In this document: positions 44,097 through 58,325 of the stretch, piece by piece
Numbering within the stretch: the first letter of the stretch is position 1
Layout: every line of letters starts with the position of its first letter
Origin: the human T2T-CHM13v2.0 reference genome, Homo sapiens
Direction: 5' to 3' (one strand)
NCBI RefSeq assembly: GCF_009914755.1
Contig: NC_060936.1
DNA length: 64,000 nt
Made by a program: the position numbers and the translations under genes
The notes under the pieces: model-generated
Seen by the model: only the letters and a program-made list of their open reading frames with translations
Database searches by the model: none
What the model was told of the DNA's origin: nothing

Positions 44097-44154
44097 GTGT
44101 GAGTGTGTGTGTGAGTGTGTTTGTGTGTGTGTGTATGTGTCTGTGTGTATGTGT
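44097..44154 (+). repeat. Imperfect (TG)n
   Basis: Interrupted TG run. Confidence 0.85.
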
Positions 44155-45757
44155 TTGGAAGGGGTAAGAGCAGTGTAACCACAGCTCCCATCCCCATGCT
44201 GCAAGGTAGAGGGAGGAGGGGTGGCTCACACGTGAGTGGGAGCACGGCTTGCGGCAGTCTCGGTAACCGGAGGGGGCAGGCATGCTCTAAGGGAGCAACT
44301 TGGAGGAGTTCCTGTGGTCCCAAACACCCATCCATCTCTGCTTGAGTTCCTTCCCAGTTTTAGGTGTCATATGAGTGCTTATATCAGTATAACTCACATC
44401 AGCCTTAGTGCCATGGACAGTCCCTAAAGTGAACATCAATTTCTCTGTCACCTGCCGTATTTTGGGTGTACCCTAGGGGCACTTAGCACACCCGGCCAGG
44501 AGGCTCAAGCCCATGCCTGTGGATGGCACACATAGAGAATGGACTCTGTTGCTCTTGAAAAGGATTGTTAAAAAATCAAGTTAGCATCTCGTTTGTCAAC
44601 GTTAAGACAGTTGATGTTTCAGAATAATTGACAAGCATGGAAATCCACTGGAAACAGGAATGTTATTAGGGCCACTGTGTTTGTGAGTGTTCGGATGTGA
44701 ATTAAACCAATCCATTACACTTGTTTGATGTTCATTGGGGCTGCAATATTTTTATGCAGAACCCGTGAAAGGAGACACAGTTCAGTGGTGTTTATGAGTG
44801 ACCTTGTCTTGTCCTCTGAATTATGGACAGGCAGCTCAGAACATCAGCAGCCGGAGCTAACAACTGTGCTGTGTTTTCTTCATATTCCGTATTCCTGAGA
44901 TGCTGCTGCCATCTCGGGCTTAGATTTTGCAGTAGAGAACATGAATGCGGCTTTTCAAATCAGAAATATTTATAGAACGAGGTCCTGATTTAACAACGCT
45001 GAAGCGCTGGTCCTGGAAATAATAACACAAGTCAGGAAAGAGAACCTCTCTCCCTATAAAACATCCCTCCAGTGCTTGCTTTCGAGGGGACTTCTTTGTG
45101 AAAAATTAATGTTTCCCAGTTTGATCAGAAGGGTTTTAAACTGAAGGTAGGGGGTGGTGGAGTAAAATGCCAGGTGAGCCTATGACACTGACAGGCAGTG
45201 CCTGGTTAGGTGCAGTGATGTAGCTAACCCACCCTGGGGGAGTTCCGCTGGCCATTCCACTTCCAGAGGGGAGGTGCTTGATTCTCCATTCCTTGACGTA
45301 CAAGGAACCCTGAGGAAGGTGTGGACAGGATGTCCCAGAACAAGTGAAGCCAGTCTCTGTGTCCAGCTGGGTCCTCTTTCTGGCCCTGACACAGATGCCC
45401 CCATGATGCCCGCCCTCTGCAGGCTCAAGTCCGCCCATGTGCTCGGCCACCACCTGGCCTGCAAGTCTATCCTGGGATGCTGAGGGGGCAGCTCTGGCAT
45501 CCGACACCCTGGAACCCAGGACATGGATCCCATTTTCTCTCCAAACCCAGGCTATGTTTACATCTTCAAAACACATAAGGCCGACTGTCCCTTCTTTCCT
45601 GAAAAATGGAGCTTCATCTCCACTCCTCTGGGCTATATGTCTCCTGGAGTCTCAGAGTCCTTGGGGCTTGGGGGCATTGTGTTCAGGGCTTTGGACATGA
45701 TTCACAGTATAATCCTAAGGACAAAGTTTTTCTGGCAACCTCATGCTAAAACATGAG

Positions 45758-45797
45758 AAAACAACAACACAACAACAACAACAAAACAACAACAACA
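45758..45797 (+). repeat. Imperfect (CAA)n
   Basis: acaacaacacaacaacaacaacaaaacaacaacaaca. Confidence 0.85.
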
Positions 45798-46171
45798 TCC
45801 CAGCTCGCTCTCATTTAAAATCATTCCCCAGGTCAAATCTCCAGCAAACATCCCTCTAGAGAAGTGAGAATAACATAGTCAAAATGCCCAGGAACCTCAG
45901 CAGATGCAGCTGCCAATAAAGTTAAAGTAAATGTAGGCACCATGAATAGATGTCTAGCATTCCAAATAGAGGTGGTGAGAGTTTGCCTGGCCCTGGCCAT
46001 ACTGCCCTCGAAGACAGCTTAGTGCTGGCAGCATGTTCCGAGAGAAGCACTGACAGAGAAAGACAGAGGAGCATGGAAGAGGATGGGAGAGTGGCTCATG
46101 TTCTGGCCTAGAGAAGCAAAGATTCGTAGAGAGGGGAGGAAGAGAATACAGTAACTGTATTGCAACATTTA

Positions 46172-46410
46172 TTAATAATAATAACGACCACATTTTTAAC
46201 ATCTGCTACACCTTAGGCCGTTGGAACATACTAACTCATTTTAATCCTCACAGCAACCCCATGAGGTGGATATTTTTATTCCTATTATACAGATGATGAA
46301 ACTGAGGCTTGAAGAGAGCGGTTCAGTGACTCGCCCAAACTCACATGCTTAGTGTGGGAAAGTTAAGATTTTGCCACATCCAAGTCCTTTTAGATCCAAG
46401 GCCGTGTTCC
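46172..46410 (-). mobile_element. MIR
   Basis: tcattttaatcctcacagcaaccccatgagg...acagatgatgaaactgaggct. Confidence 0.75.
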
Positions 46411-47039
46411 TTTTTGTAAGCCTCCCTGGTGTGTGGAAGGGAGTACACTTTCTCCGTGAGATGCCAGATAACTGAAAGAGAACTACAGGGAAGATGTCAG
46501 AGGAACGAGATTCCACGCAACCTGATAAAGAACTTGCTCATGGTCAGAGTTGTCCAGAGATGGGATGAACAAGCCCAGCTGGGGCTGCATTTCCATCCCT
46601 CGGAGGTCTCAGGCAGAGGCTGAGGTACTAAGGTTGAGGGTACTGTGGTGGGTATTTAATACTAAGAGTCCCTCTTAATACTTTCTGTTTTATTACTCTA
46701 AAGTAAACTTCCCCAGCACACAGCTCAAAGAGAAGGCCAGTGTAATATGCTGGTTCAATATCCGACGACTTTGAAATAATTCGAGGGCTAACTGGCTCAT
46801 CTAGTGTGATTTAAGCTCGTAGTTTCCCATTCATGTATGTACTCACTTCTTCAAAAAACACCTTTCGGAGTGCCTCCTTCGTGCCAGGCTCTGCAGATAT
46901 AGCTGTGAATAACAGATAGTCCCTGTGCAAGGAATCTATAGATGGGAATGGGGAGAGACAGGCAGACAGGTGATTTTCATTCTGTGTGTAAATATAATTA
47001 GGAAAGTACAGGATGCTATGGGACACCGAATCCAACTTT

Positions 47040-47400
47040 GCGGGACAGGGGAAGAAGCCTTAGGAGCTGGCGAGGCGAGGGGGTGAAGAGGAGAAGGAGG
47101 TCTGGGCACTGGAAGCGGCACACGTGGAAACGGTAAAGGCCGACGCCGGTTCAGAGCCGCAACCGCGACAGCCCCGTCGTCCACCTCAGGTGCCGGCGCC
47201 CCCTGCTGGTGCGCGGAGATGCGCGGAGACCGCAAGGCCCGGGGGCGTGGCCTCCCCTGCGCCGGCGCGTGTGCCCGGGCCCTCCGCGGGGCGCCGGCGT
47301 CTGCGCCAAGGCACGTTCTCCTGCTGCTCCAGAACTGCCACCTTCCAAGTCCTGAAGGAGGCCGTTTTCCTGTCATTTGCACCTGGCCGGAGCCATTCTG
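47040..47400. promoter_or_regulatory. Small orphan CpG island with a CTCF motif
   Basis: About 35 CpGs in 47041-47340 by hand count. CCAGCAGGGGGCGC on the minus strand at 47209-47196; E-box CACGTG at 47121-47126. Confidence 0.75.
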
Positions 47401-48549
47401 GATGTTTTAAGGAAACGAGAAAACCATTCTTTCCTCTTACCGGATGATGTGCGATGTCATTTGGAAACAAAGAAGGGCTCTGTTTCTTGGAGCCCCTGGG
47501 TTCTGTCTGCAAGAGGGGCAGTCATGAGGCTTGCAAGGCAGGGAGTGGGTAGGATGGTGCTACAAGCGGCCGGGAGGTGATGGGGTGCAGGGAAATAGAC
47601 ATTTCCATTTCTTCCTCCTCCCTTCTTTTCTCCCCAGAATCTCCTGTGCGAACCTCTTCTGTGCAGACACCTTCCCACCCAACCTCAACAGAGCCCTGTG
47701 GGCCTCCCACGCTGTGTAAGTGCGCGGACTCATCTGAGTGCCACTAGGGGACACAGCCCAGATTCAAGCTGGGATCCCCATAATATGTGCACCTGCAGCC
47801 AGGTGTGCCTATAGAACCACAAATGCGACAGGTGAGGGGATCATCTTATTATTTTCCTACTTCCGAGGCAGGACGGTACTTAAACCATCTCAGACAGATG
47901 GTTAACTGTCCTATTTTAAAATATCTCTGGGGAGGACGATTTCACAATTCCCTGTGGCTGTCTGTTCTAGTATTTAATCATGTTCATTACCAGCGAGTTC
48001 TTCTTTATGCCGGATCTAAATCTCCACCGTTGTGATTTAAGTCTTTTTCCTTGAGGGTAGACGCTGTGGCTCTTCTGCTTCAGGGGAGGAGAGGATTCTG
48101 GTGCTAATTTTGCGGTCTTGTGAATAAGTTATCTCTTGTAACACCTTCTTTGGGGTTTATTTTCTTTACTGGTAAATGGGGTTGGAGGGTGAGTTAGGGA
48201 TGGTTCCCAAGGACTTCTCAAATGTCATAGCTTTTAGACAAGTGCTGCATTGGTATCGTGTGCAATTCAATACTTAGTGGAAATAATAACGCTTTGTTGC
48301 ATTGAAAAGCGTGTAGCTGAAATCTGAAATGATGCCACGTAGACCTAGTCCAGAAAGCCATCTATCCCTTAGTGTCTGAGTGGGCCGTGGGAAGGAATGA
48401 GCAGTGGAGTGGGCTGGGCCACTCACAGCTGGACCTTCCAGAAGTCACTTCAGGGTAGGCGCTCTGATCATCTATTGCACAGAAAAGGGGAATCAGGCTT
48501 TGTGGGTGCTGCCCCAGCCTCTAGCTCTGGAGAGCTCAGAAATGAACAC

Positions 48550-48563
48550 CCAGCAGAGGGCAG
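48550..48563 (+). promoter_or_regulatory. CTCF core motif (forward)
   Basis: CCAGCAGAGGGCAG fits CCASYAGRKGGCRS at all 14 positions; occupancy unknown. Confidence 0.5.
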
Positions 48564-48610
48564 TTGTATGGGACAGTGGATTTTCATCCTCCCTCCCCTT
48601 TCCTATCTTT

Positions 48611-48889
48611 TTTTTTGAGACAGAGTCTTGCTTTGTCACACAGGCTGTAGGTGCGATGTTGGCTCACTGCAACCTCTGCCTCTCGGGTTCAAGAGATTCT
48701 CCTGCCTCAGCCTCCCCAGTAGCTGCGATTACAGGCATGCGCCACCACGCCCGGCTAATTTTTGTCTTTTTAGTAGAGACAGGGTTTCACCATGTTGGTC
48801 AGGCTGGCCTTGAACCCCTGACCTTGTGATCTGCCCTCTTCGGCCTCCCAAAGTGCTGGGATTACAGGCATGAGCCACGGCGCCCAGCC
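48611..48889 (-). mobile_element. AluS
   Basis: TSD tcccctttcctatcttt at 48594-48610 and 48890-48906. Confidence 0.92.
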
Positions 48890-49865
48890 TCCCCTTTCCT
48901 ATCTTTAAAAAGCAAATGCCCTAGGAAGGGTTATACCTTAAGTCATTATCAGGTAACCCTTTAGTGACCAGATGAGGAAATGGGCTACAGAGTAGCTGCT
49001 TAGTCTTGACACTGGAGGGGTTAGCACAGGAGGATTCGGGGTACCCTGGGAGGAAGGTTTGCTAACAGCAAAACAAAGGCTCCACACCAGCGGCAAGAGA
49101 CCAAGTTCACTCATTTCCCCTTGTTTTCAAAACCTTCTTGTCTGCTTACTTTGCTATGTATGTCCTTAGGAGCTGGTTCTTGCTCCAGGTGGCATGAGTT
49201 ACCTTGCTTTAGGGGGCAGTTTTTAGGCAGGATTCATTCTAGGCAAAGTTCCACCAGCCAAAGCTCTCTGAGCATCCTGCCTCATCTATACATAGGAGTA
49301 AACAGAGCTTCAGCCAACGACTGGATCACATCATGAGACGGAGTAATCTGCTATTTACTTGTATTCTCTTACCTCCTCAAGTTGTTTGAGACAGAAATAA
49401 AGACTTCCTTGTTTGGTAGGCATGGGAGGAATTTTAATCTTCTGCACATGTAAATGTGAGATTGTAGGATTTCTCTTGCCTTTATTACTGGTATCATCAA
49501 ACACTGCATTGGGCTCACTGTCCGCTAACAGCAATTCTTGTATTATTATTTCAGAGTTAGCTGTGAGTTAAAGTATCTTCGGGCCCCACTTGGTCTTGAA
49601 ATTGTTAAAAGGCATTGGGTACACCAAAAATGTCCTTGGGCCTCTGAAGGGGAGAAAAGGGTCAGAATGGTCCCAACTCAGATGCAAGTCTCCTGGGAAG
49701 GGACGTGTTCCCCACTTTGTGCAGGTCAGGCAGGGGTGCACTGCAGAACTGGTTTCCACCATCGTACCAGTCATGGAAGGGTTTCCATCAGCTCAGGATT
49801 GTAATTGTGTCCCACTGGAGGAACAGCACGAAGTTCTGAAGATACTTGTGCCTTCTATATAACCC

Positions 49866-50028
49866 TCACTTCTCAGAGCATGGTCTGGGGTAGAGCAGCA
49901 TCAGCCTCACCTGGAAGCTTATAAGAAATCCAGAATCTCAGGCTCTACCCAGATCTACTGAATCAGAATCTGTATTTTAAAAATAACCCCAGGGGATTCT
50001 TATGCACATTTAAGTTTGAGGCCCCCTG
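49866..50028 (+). mobile_element. MER5-family MITE
   Basis: gcagcatcagcctcacctggaagctt...tactgaatcagaatctgtattttaa...gattcttatgcacatttaagtttgag. Confidence 0.78.
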
Positions 50029-53000
50029 GTCTAGCCCACTGGAAAACAGAGTCCTTCTTGGTGGATTTCGAGTGTATTGTTCTAGGCAACGTTGTAAAGC
50101 AGGTGAGGCTTCTCTTCGGGACCACCGACTCTATTTTCAATATTCTTTTCTCTCATTAAAGCTTCCTTTTCTCTGCATTTCCCTTCACTCCCTCCCAAAA
50201 GCACCCAGACAAAACCCTACTGACGAAGACTGTGCACTCAACATAGCCCAGGTCCCTGACATACTGGAGAAAAGAGACATGATTAAATAATTCCTATGAA
50301 GCTGTTAGTGACTTAGGATTTGCAGGGTTCTTTCTCATATGGATATTGCACTCTAAAATAGGGTACTTAATGAATCACTGTTTAACCTAAAGATTATATT
50401 TCCTTTCATAGAATTCGAGTCACGGTGGCACTCTGACAGAGATTGCAGATATCTGGGGATAGGGTGACTTTTATAATCACTAATAGGATGCTATGTGGGT
50501 GACTACTTAATCCGACTATGTAACAGACTGGACCCCCAAGCTTTGGGTGACCCCCAAAACTTCCCAGCTCAGTAAGCCCTCATTATTGCTCACAGACACT
50601 GAATTCTTAGTGCTGCTTCTCAGATACTTCTTTCTTATCTTTATTATTTTGCTATGTTTGGCCACTTAAGATACAGAGTCCAGTTTTCAAAATAAGGAAT
50701 GGATTTTAGGAGAGTTTTTGATAAGTCAAAGAAACATAAAAGAAGAGAATTGTTGAGATATGATTCAGGAACTATTTCTGGAGATAGCTGAACCCATGCT
50801 TAATAGGGTGCTAGTTTTGCCGGGCAGCTTTGACATGTGACAACTGTTTCTCCTTTTAATTTCCAGTTATTGTAGAAATAAATCTGGCTTACATGGTATT
50901 TCTCCTTTTTATTGCTTGACCTGATGTTTTTTTCCCCATGCAAGTCACTTCCTAGCAATTCACTCCAATATTACAGCAACACCCTGACTGTCCTGTGCCC
51001 AGGTATGTTGACAGGTGAAATCCCTTAACATAAATTTTGTCAAAAAAAAAAGCCTGTAAAAGACAGATGCTGGGAAGTGGAAATTGATAAATCCAGGTGT
51101 TACAAATGGGACACTGTTAAATGCAAGGATTGCAAATGTTATATAAGTAAACACAATGTCCATAGGTAGGAAATTGCAAAAGACAGGTGCTGTGAATATT
51201 GGTCTATGAGGCCAACAGACAGCCCTTTGCAAATAACATGGGCCTTTTAATAGACAAATAAGAGCTGAAACTTTCATGCAGAGTTCCAATCCCCTGGTAG
51301 AGGATCTTTTTGGCTAAGTAACTCACTAAACAATGATGAGAGGACAAGTGTAACAACCTCCCTTTAAACTAATCTCCCTGGGTAACCTGCCAGGGAGTTT
51401 TTCCAGGAACATTAGCTACCAGCTCAAGAGCAGCCTTTCATGTAGATACTTTTATGAGATGATTGATAGAAGTAGGGCAGGTCTCTTGGTTTCAAAATTT
51501 CTCTTTTACCAGCCTGTAATATGCCTGAAATTGCACCATTAGCAATATATTTTTTGGATTAATTCTCTACCACCAACAGGATAGATAGAGCAATCATTCA
51601 TTTATTCATCAGATGTTTATTAAGCACTTACTGTGAGCCAAGTACTATTCTTGGTAAAGGAAATTCAAAGGTAAGTACAACATCGTTCTTGCCCTTGAGA
51701 TGTTGAGAGTCTAGTTGGGAATACAGGAGGTAAACAAATAACTACAGCAATATAACTAGTGCTTTGATAGAGATAGCGGTAGGCTCTATGGGAACACAGA
51801 GGAAGAAGAACTTGACCCGGGACTCTTGAGCTGAGTCTTAAAGGATGAGTAGGAGTTTGCACACAGATGCAAAGGATGGAGGTCTGCAGTTTGGGTGTGG
51901 GAGGGGAGAAGGAATAAGGGATGATTTTGGACCATTGGGCCATAGGGGTGAGCATCCCTGTGCCTGAGCTGGGATTACAGTTCTTGGGTTCCTGTGGGGC
52001 ATCATGTCAGTGTTGGCTGCCTATATATGTAGAGAGAGTGCTTCTGGAGATGGGGATGGGGGTAGGATTTATGCAAAGAGGAGATGGAGGATGGCAGAGA
52101 CCAATGCATCTACTTGGATGCCATGGAAAGCCTGACGGCACTAGATTTTTCTTTCAAGTCATCACCTCTTCATTCAACTTGCTTTCCCATCCAGGTACTT
52201 TTCTACCCAGCTGTGGCACACCCATGACTTCAGCAGGGAGAGAGTTAAGACTTTGAGGATGGACAGCAAAACTCCATCTATTTTTTTTTTGTTCGTTTGT
52301 TTCTGTTTTTAACATTCATGATTTGGGTATTGTAGAAACTATCAAAGATGGCTTAAATGAGGTCTTTGTGTGATAGGAAATGTTCTTAGCTCTGTGCTTC
52401 CCAAACTCTTTTAACATTGAACTGCTCTCTGCAGAACATCCATCTTGGTGAGCCTTCACTAAATGCATAGAAGTGACAGCAAATAATGTAGCTGATCTAA
52501 CTACCTCCCCTATAGGATTTACTTTCAGAGTTTTAAGGGAAATTTTCAAGCAGAAAATGGTTACATGGATAAAATTGTTGAGATTTAATTAGACTTTTAT
52601 AAGAAATGTGAGAGAATTTTGTTATCAAAGTCTAAGCGGTAGGCTGGGTGATGTGGAGATGTCGAATACCTTGACTTTCACTTCTGAAGAACTGGTTTTA
52701 AGCATCCTCTTTTCAAATAGACAATTAATTCTTACATAAGAGATGGTGACCAACTAGTCTCTTTTTCCAAAGAGGAATAAAAGACAAAAAGAAAATGGTT
52801 GGAATTGTGGTTAATGATATTCAGGTTGGACCAAGAAAGATTATTGGGTGCTTCAATGGATTGTCAAAGATGACAGAAAATTCCATCTTTGTGGTAATAA
52901 GTACCCTGCTATGTCTATACTTTTCCTTGACAAGCTTTTTCATACTAACATTTCACTTTGTACTCAGAATCCATTCCTTGAAAGTTCCTTGGTTTATGGT

Positions 53001-53388
53001 TGAGGGAACTGATACTCAAAGAACATTAAGAGACCTGGCTAAAGTTACACAGCCAAGTGGTAATAGATACAAGCTTTAAACTCAGAGTTCTTTCTAATAC
53101 CTGACACTTTTGTCTTCTAGGCTGTAAATGAAAATACAGCAGAATCAGATCTGTCCAATAAATCCTGATTGAAGGCCAGAACTGAAAGTATTTCTTCTGA
53201 GGCTGAGAAAAATTCCATCTCAAACATTGAAAGGGTAGAAATAGGCAGTGAAGTCCTAGTGCCTGCTCTGTTTGGCCTTTCTGGGTTAAAAACATACTTA
53301 AAATTGAGTGACTCTGTTGTGGAATAAAATCCAAACAATCTGGGTTGAAAAAGACTGCTTAGGGGTGTGTGGGTCACAGTGATGCTAA

Positions 53389-53701
<313 letters not shown>

Positions 53702-55770
53702 CGCTAAGGGTATTCTTGATATCCGCTGGGATAATGTGACCACAGGACACCTTGCTTGCTTTCTCCAAGAATCTCAAGAAGACTACAAACCCCAAGAAGG
53801 GAGGCATCTTGTTCAAGATCATGTTGGGGATAGAAGACAGAGTGAGAATGAGAAAGCAGAGATGTTCATTTGTTTTATGAACATTTACTTATCTGCCAAG
53901 GTCTGTAGCCCTGGCCTTCCCTGTGAAGAGCAGCAGCCTGAACCAACGTTCAGTGGCCGGGGCTGCCGAGCCAGGACCTTACGGGGCTGCAGCCTGTGCT
54001 GACCCAGGGCCTCCACAGTGCTTTGCTTGCAGATCCCCCCAAAAGAGTTGTGAAAAAGTCTGTGCCTCATCATGCGTTTTCAAGTTGACATCCCAAAAGT
54101 TTCATGATAATTTTAAATGGTTGTAAATGATGCAATTTCTGGTGCTTTATAAATCTTGACAGTTTAACATAAAATTGTTGCATTACTCTTTTAAAGTTTC
54201 CAATAAAATATAAACACTGCAGCTATTTGATACCTTCTATTATGTATTCAAAGATATATAAAAGCCCTGTTTTTAACAGTCAAAGATTTTTCATCATTTC
54301 TTTTTCTCCTTGGATACATATTTACATTCCATTTCCTTCTTAAAATTTTACCCTAATACGATATATTTTTATGCTGGAAAGTCTTTTACTGATCACGCTA
54401 CCATATTACTCTGCAACAAAAAGAGGCTTATAAATTAAAATTTAAAATTTAAAAATTTTATAAACATAAGGCTTTGTGTTATACGCTTCTTTTGGATTGA
54501 ATTTTCATCACAGATACTATTAATGTACAACTGAGCAAAACAACATATTTACATTATGAGCTTTTCGAGGTAATTCTTAATATAAAATGTACCAGAAATA
54601 ATATATTTTACATGATCGAAGGGATATGTTGTCCGATTCAAGAGGCTTTCTAGACACCTGTATTTCAAATGTCTCCTTGTCTGGGCACCAGTATTTCCTA
54701 GATTTCCTTGTTTGGTGTCCTGGGGGCATTCACACCACAGGGATATGGACCTGGAAGGATGCAGGGTGAATGACAGGTGTGCTTCTCTGCTGAAGTGTAG
54801 GATAAGGATGCCCCTTTGAGAGACAGGAGAAGCGGCAGGTGGGCTCCAGGCTCTGCCCCGGGTTGTCCTCCGGTGAACGTGAAGACTGAGCACATATGAA
54901 AGTTGAGGGTCTGGAAATGAATTCTATTAAATCATGACTTGTACACAAGTTTCAAGATGTCCTACACTACTCCAATCACTTTCGAAGGCCACTTGGGAAA
55001 TTGTTAGCATGTTCTTGATTCATCCACATAAGAATAGTTTGCATAAGCTATTCAATATAAATACAAGCATAAATATGCCTGTACTTTGAGAAATATGCCT
55101 GTACTTTAAGAGGAAGACGTGTTTTGGGGTGTTTCATCTGGATAATCAGTTGCAATAGACACTGTCACCCGTTTATCTGGAACAAATAGAACTATTATGT
55201 GCTACATAAATTATAAATGATTGCAATATTACTTCATCGCAAGATCATTATGGTTACAGCCTGCCCTCCTATGAATTAGAATCATTGACTGATATTATGC
55301 TGATTGGAACAGAAGTCAATTCAATGCATCAGAACTTGGCAAATCCCTAACCACACATGGTTCACACACATGCGGTTGTTGATTTATTCCAGCCTGTTAG
55401 TCAAGATAGTTAACATACTATGGTAATATTTTCCACATTCCTGGAGCTTAATATAATACAAATCTATTTCTTGATCATACTATATCCAGAGGGGGCTAGT
55501 GAGAGGTTCTGGTTCACAAAGTCACTCAGGGACTCAGGGTTGATGGATGCTTCTCTATCTTGCAGCTGTACCATCTGGATAATGTGGCAGGAGAGGGGAG
55601 AGACAGAAGAATTGAAACAGGTCTTCCATCTCCTCAACCTGGAGGTGACACAGTCACTTCTGCTTACATTTCATTCGTCAGGACTAGTCCAATAGTTGTG
55701 TCCAAATGCAGAATGGCTGAGAAGCTCACTCTGCCATGTGCCCCAGAGGAGAAGAAAACAGAATATTCTT

Positions 55771-56080
<310 letters not shown>

Positions 56081-57878
56081 AAAAACAGAATATTCTTGCT
56101 AACTAAACTATAGTAGAAGTTGATATGGGTGGCATTGGTCAATTGGTCATTGGTTAAAAAAATGATTACCAAGAGTTAGTGATTAATAATAAAATAATGG
56201 GGTTATATTCATCACAAAAAATCATTATGTAAGCAGGACCGAACATGACAAAGGCAGAAAATTTGAATCTGCTATGTAAAGAGGCAAAAATGTAAACCTT
56301 GGGAGATTGAAACTTACCTTCAAGTATGACTTTGACTGAAGGAAGACCTATCTAGCTGGCAGAGGTACTTCAGCTGGGTCATACGAATACATGACTGGAA
56401 GTGTCCTGCCATACTTGACAACTCTGCCCAGCTCTTGTTTCCACCAGGCTCCACTTGGCCACTAAGTGGAAGTCATTCGGCAAGTTCATGAGAGTCACTA
56501 CTGAGAAGATATCCCTTTGGTTGCCCTCGTGACTTTGCCTATTTCTAGATGTATTATGGAGCAATGACCTCTCTAGCAGGGCGGTGGTGATTAGTTGTAA
56601 CTTCCCCGCCCCCAGGTACTTGGAAAATGGCCGAATCAACAACTTAGAGTGAACTAGCCAAGTGTTAATTAGTTATATGGCATTGAGGTTTACCGTTCCA
56701 GGAATGTAAATATTTGGAATTATTCCTATCAGTGTTATCTATATTCTTTTAGATTTCAGGGATGGGACCGCTGCAGGTTGACCCAAGGGTATCCCTATAA
56801 AAGATCCTTGGAATCTACAATTACAAGAGTGCATCATCTTTAAAAAAGAGGTTTCAGGGAACAAATATCCCTTTTTGTCTATTGAGGTGGCCTGGTCCCA
56901 AATGTCATATCAAGGAAAGGGTTACCTGACCTGTGTAAGACTAGGAACCAGAAATGTTCCTGGCTGCATAACCCTAGTCTCGCATGACTTCTGATACTGT
57001 AGGAAAGCAAGCTGGAAATTAATGTGTGGAATTCTAAGAGAGATGCAAGCAAAGTGACCATTTGGGAAGGAATAATCCAGAATGCAAATACAAACTGAGC
57101 CGTCATTTATTATTCATCCTTGGGTGAGAGGGAGAAGAACCAGGGGTCAGAGAGAGAAGACATTACAGATTGAATGCCAGCTGAAATATGGAAGGAAAGG
57201 TGAGTTTGCCAAGAGTTATATTAGTAGGGGGACTGTGAATAGAATGAGGGTTGATGGCTGATTTCTGATGGCCAAATAAATGTGTTTACTCTTAGGACCG
57301 TGTTTTGAAAATGACAGAGAACTTAGAATGCATTCACAGAAGGGTAAAAAGAGAAGAGAGAACATTTATAAAGCTAATTAGAAGAGGAAGGTTCTGAAAG
57401 CCCTACTGAAAAGAACACTTTTCAGCTTCCTTTGAGAAGACATTTTCTATCTAGCTCCATTGAATACGTTTGAACTGGCCTGGAACAGTTAAGAAGGTAA
57501 AGGGGTTAGGGAGGTTGAGGATCAGAATGGTCTTTGGGGTTTAAAGCCAGGTCCACTTCTACCCAGCTGAGTTGGCTTGGCCAGGTTACTGAACCTCTCC
57601 AAGCATTCAATTTCTCTAATTAAATAGCCGAGGGTGATTGACTGAAAGGATTGTTTAAGTGTAAGACCAAGTTCTGTGGGAAGAAGCATCCTCCATAGTG
57701 CAGCACCTTCGTCACCACTCACTTAAGCTCTAACATATGGCAATAACTTCTGTATTATAAGTGAAGAAACTGAGCCTCAGTGAGAGAAAGAGGTTGCTAA
57801 AGTTTCAGGAATTAGCAAATGTTGGACTTGAGATTCAAGTGAAAATGGGTGAAGAAACATTCCTGTAGGTTAGGGTAG

Positions 57879-58325
57879 CGCAGTGGGTTGAATAGCAGCC
57901 GCTCAGAATGTAAGTCCATGTCCTAATCCCCAGAGAGTGTCAGTGTTAGCTTATCAGGAAAAAGGGTCTTTGCAGATGTAATTAACTTAAGAATTTTGAG
58001 ATGAAGACATCGTCTGGGATTATCTGGGGAGCCCTAATTCCAATGACAGGTGTCCTTGTAAAAGCCAAGCAGAAGGAGATCTGACTGCCAGAAGATGAGG
58101 AGGCAAGGTGACCATGGAGACAGTGTGATGTGGCCACAAGTCAAGGAATGCTGCCAGCCAGCAGAAGTTGGAAAGGGACAAAGAAGGGGTTCTCCCTGAG
58201 AGCCACTGCAGGCAGCACACCCTGCTGGATTTTCAACTTCTGGCCTCAAAACTGTGAGAGAATAAATTGCTGTTGTTTTAAAACACCCAGCTAGTGGTAA
58301 TTTGCTATGGCAAAAACTGAATACA
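57879..58325 (+). mobile_element. MLT1C/D-like MaLR solo LTR
   Basis: gggttgaat...aaaagggtctttgcagatgtaattaa...gccacaagtcaaggaatgc...aactgtgagagaataaatt...aataca. Confidence 0.85.

Noticed and set aside
44404-44424. REST/RE1-like cttagtgccatggacagtccc
   Set aside because: The left half-site has several mismatches to TTCAGCACC.
46936-47512. Overlapping Pro/Arg/Ala-rich ORFs at the second CpG island
   Set aside because: Expected from stop-codon scarcity in GC-rich DNA.
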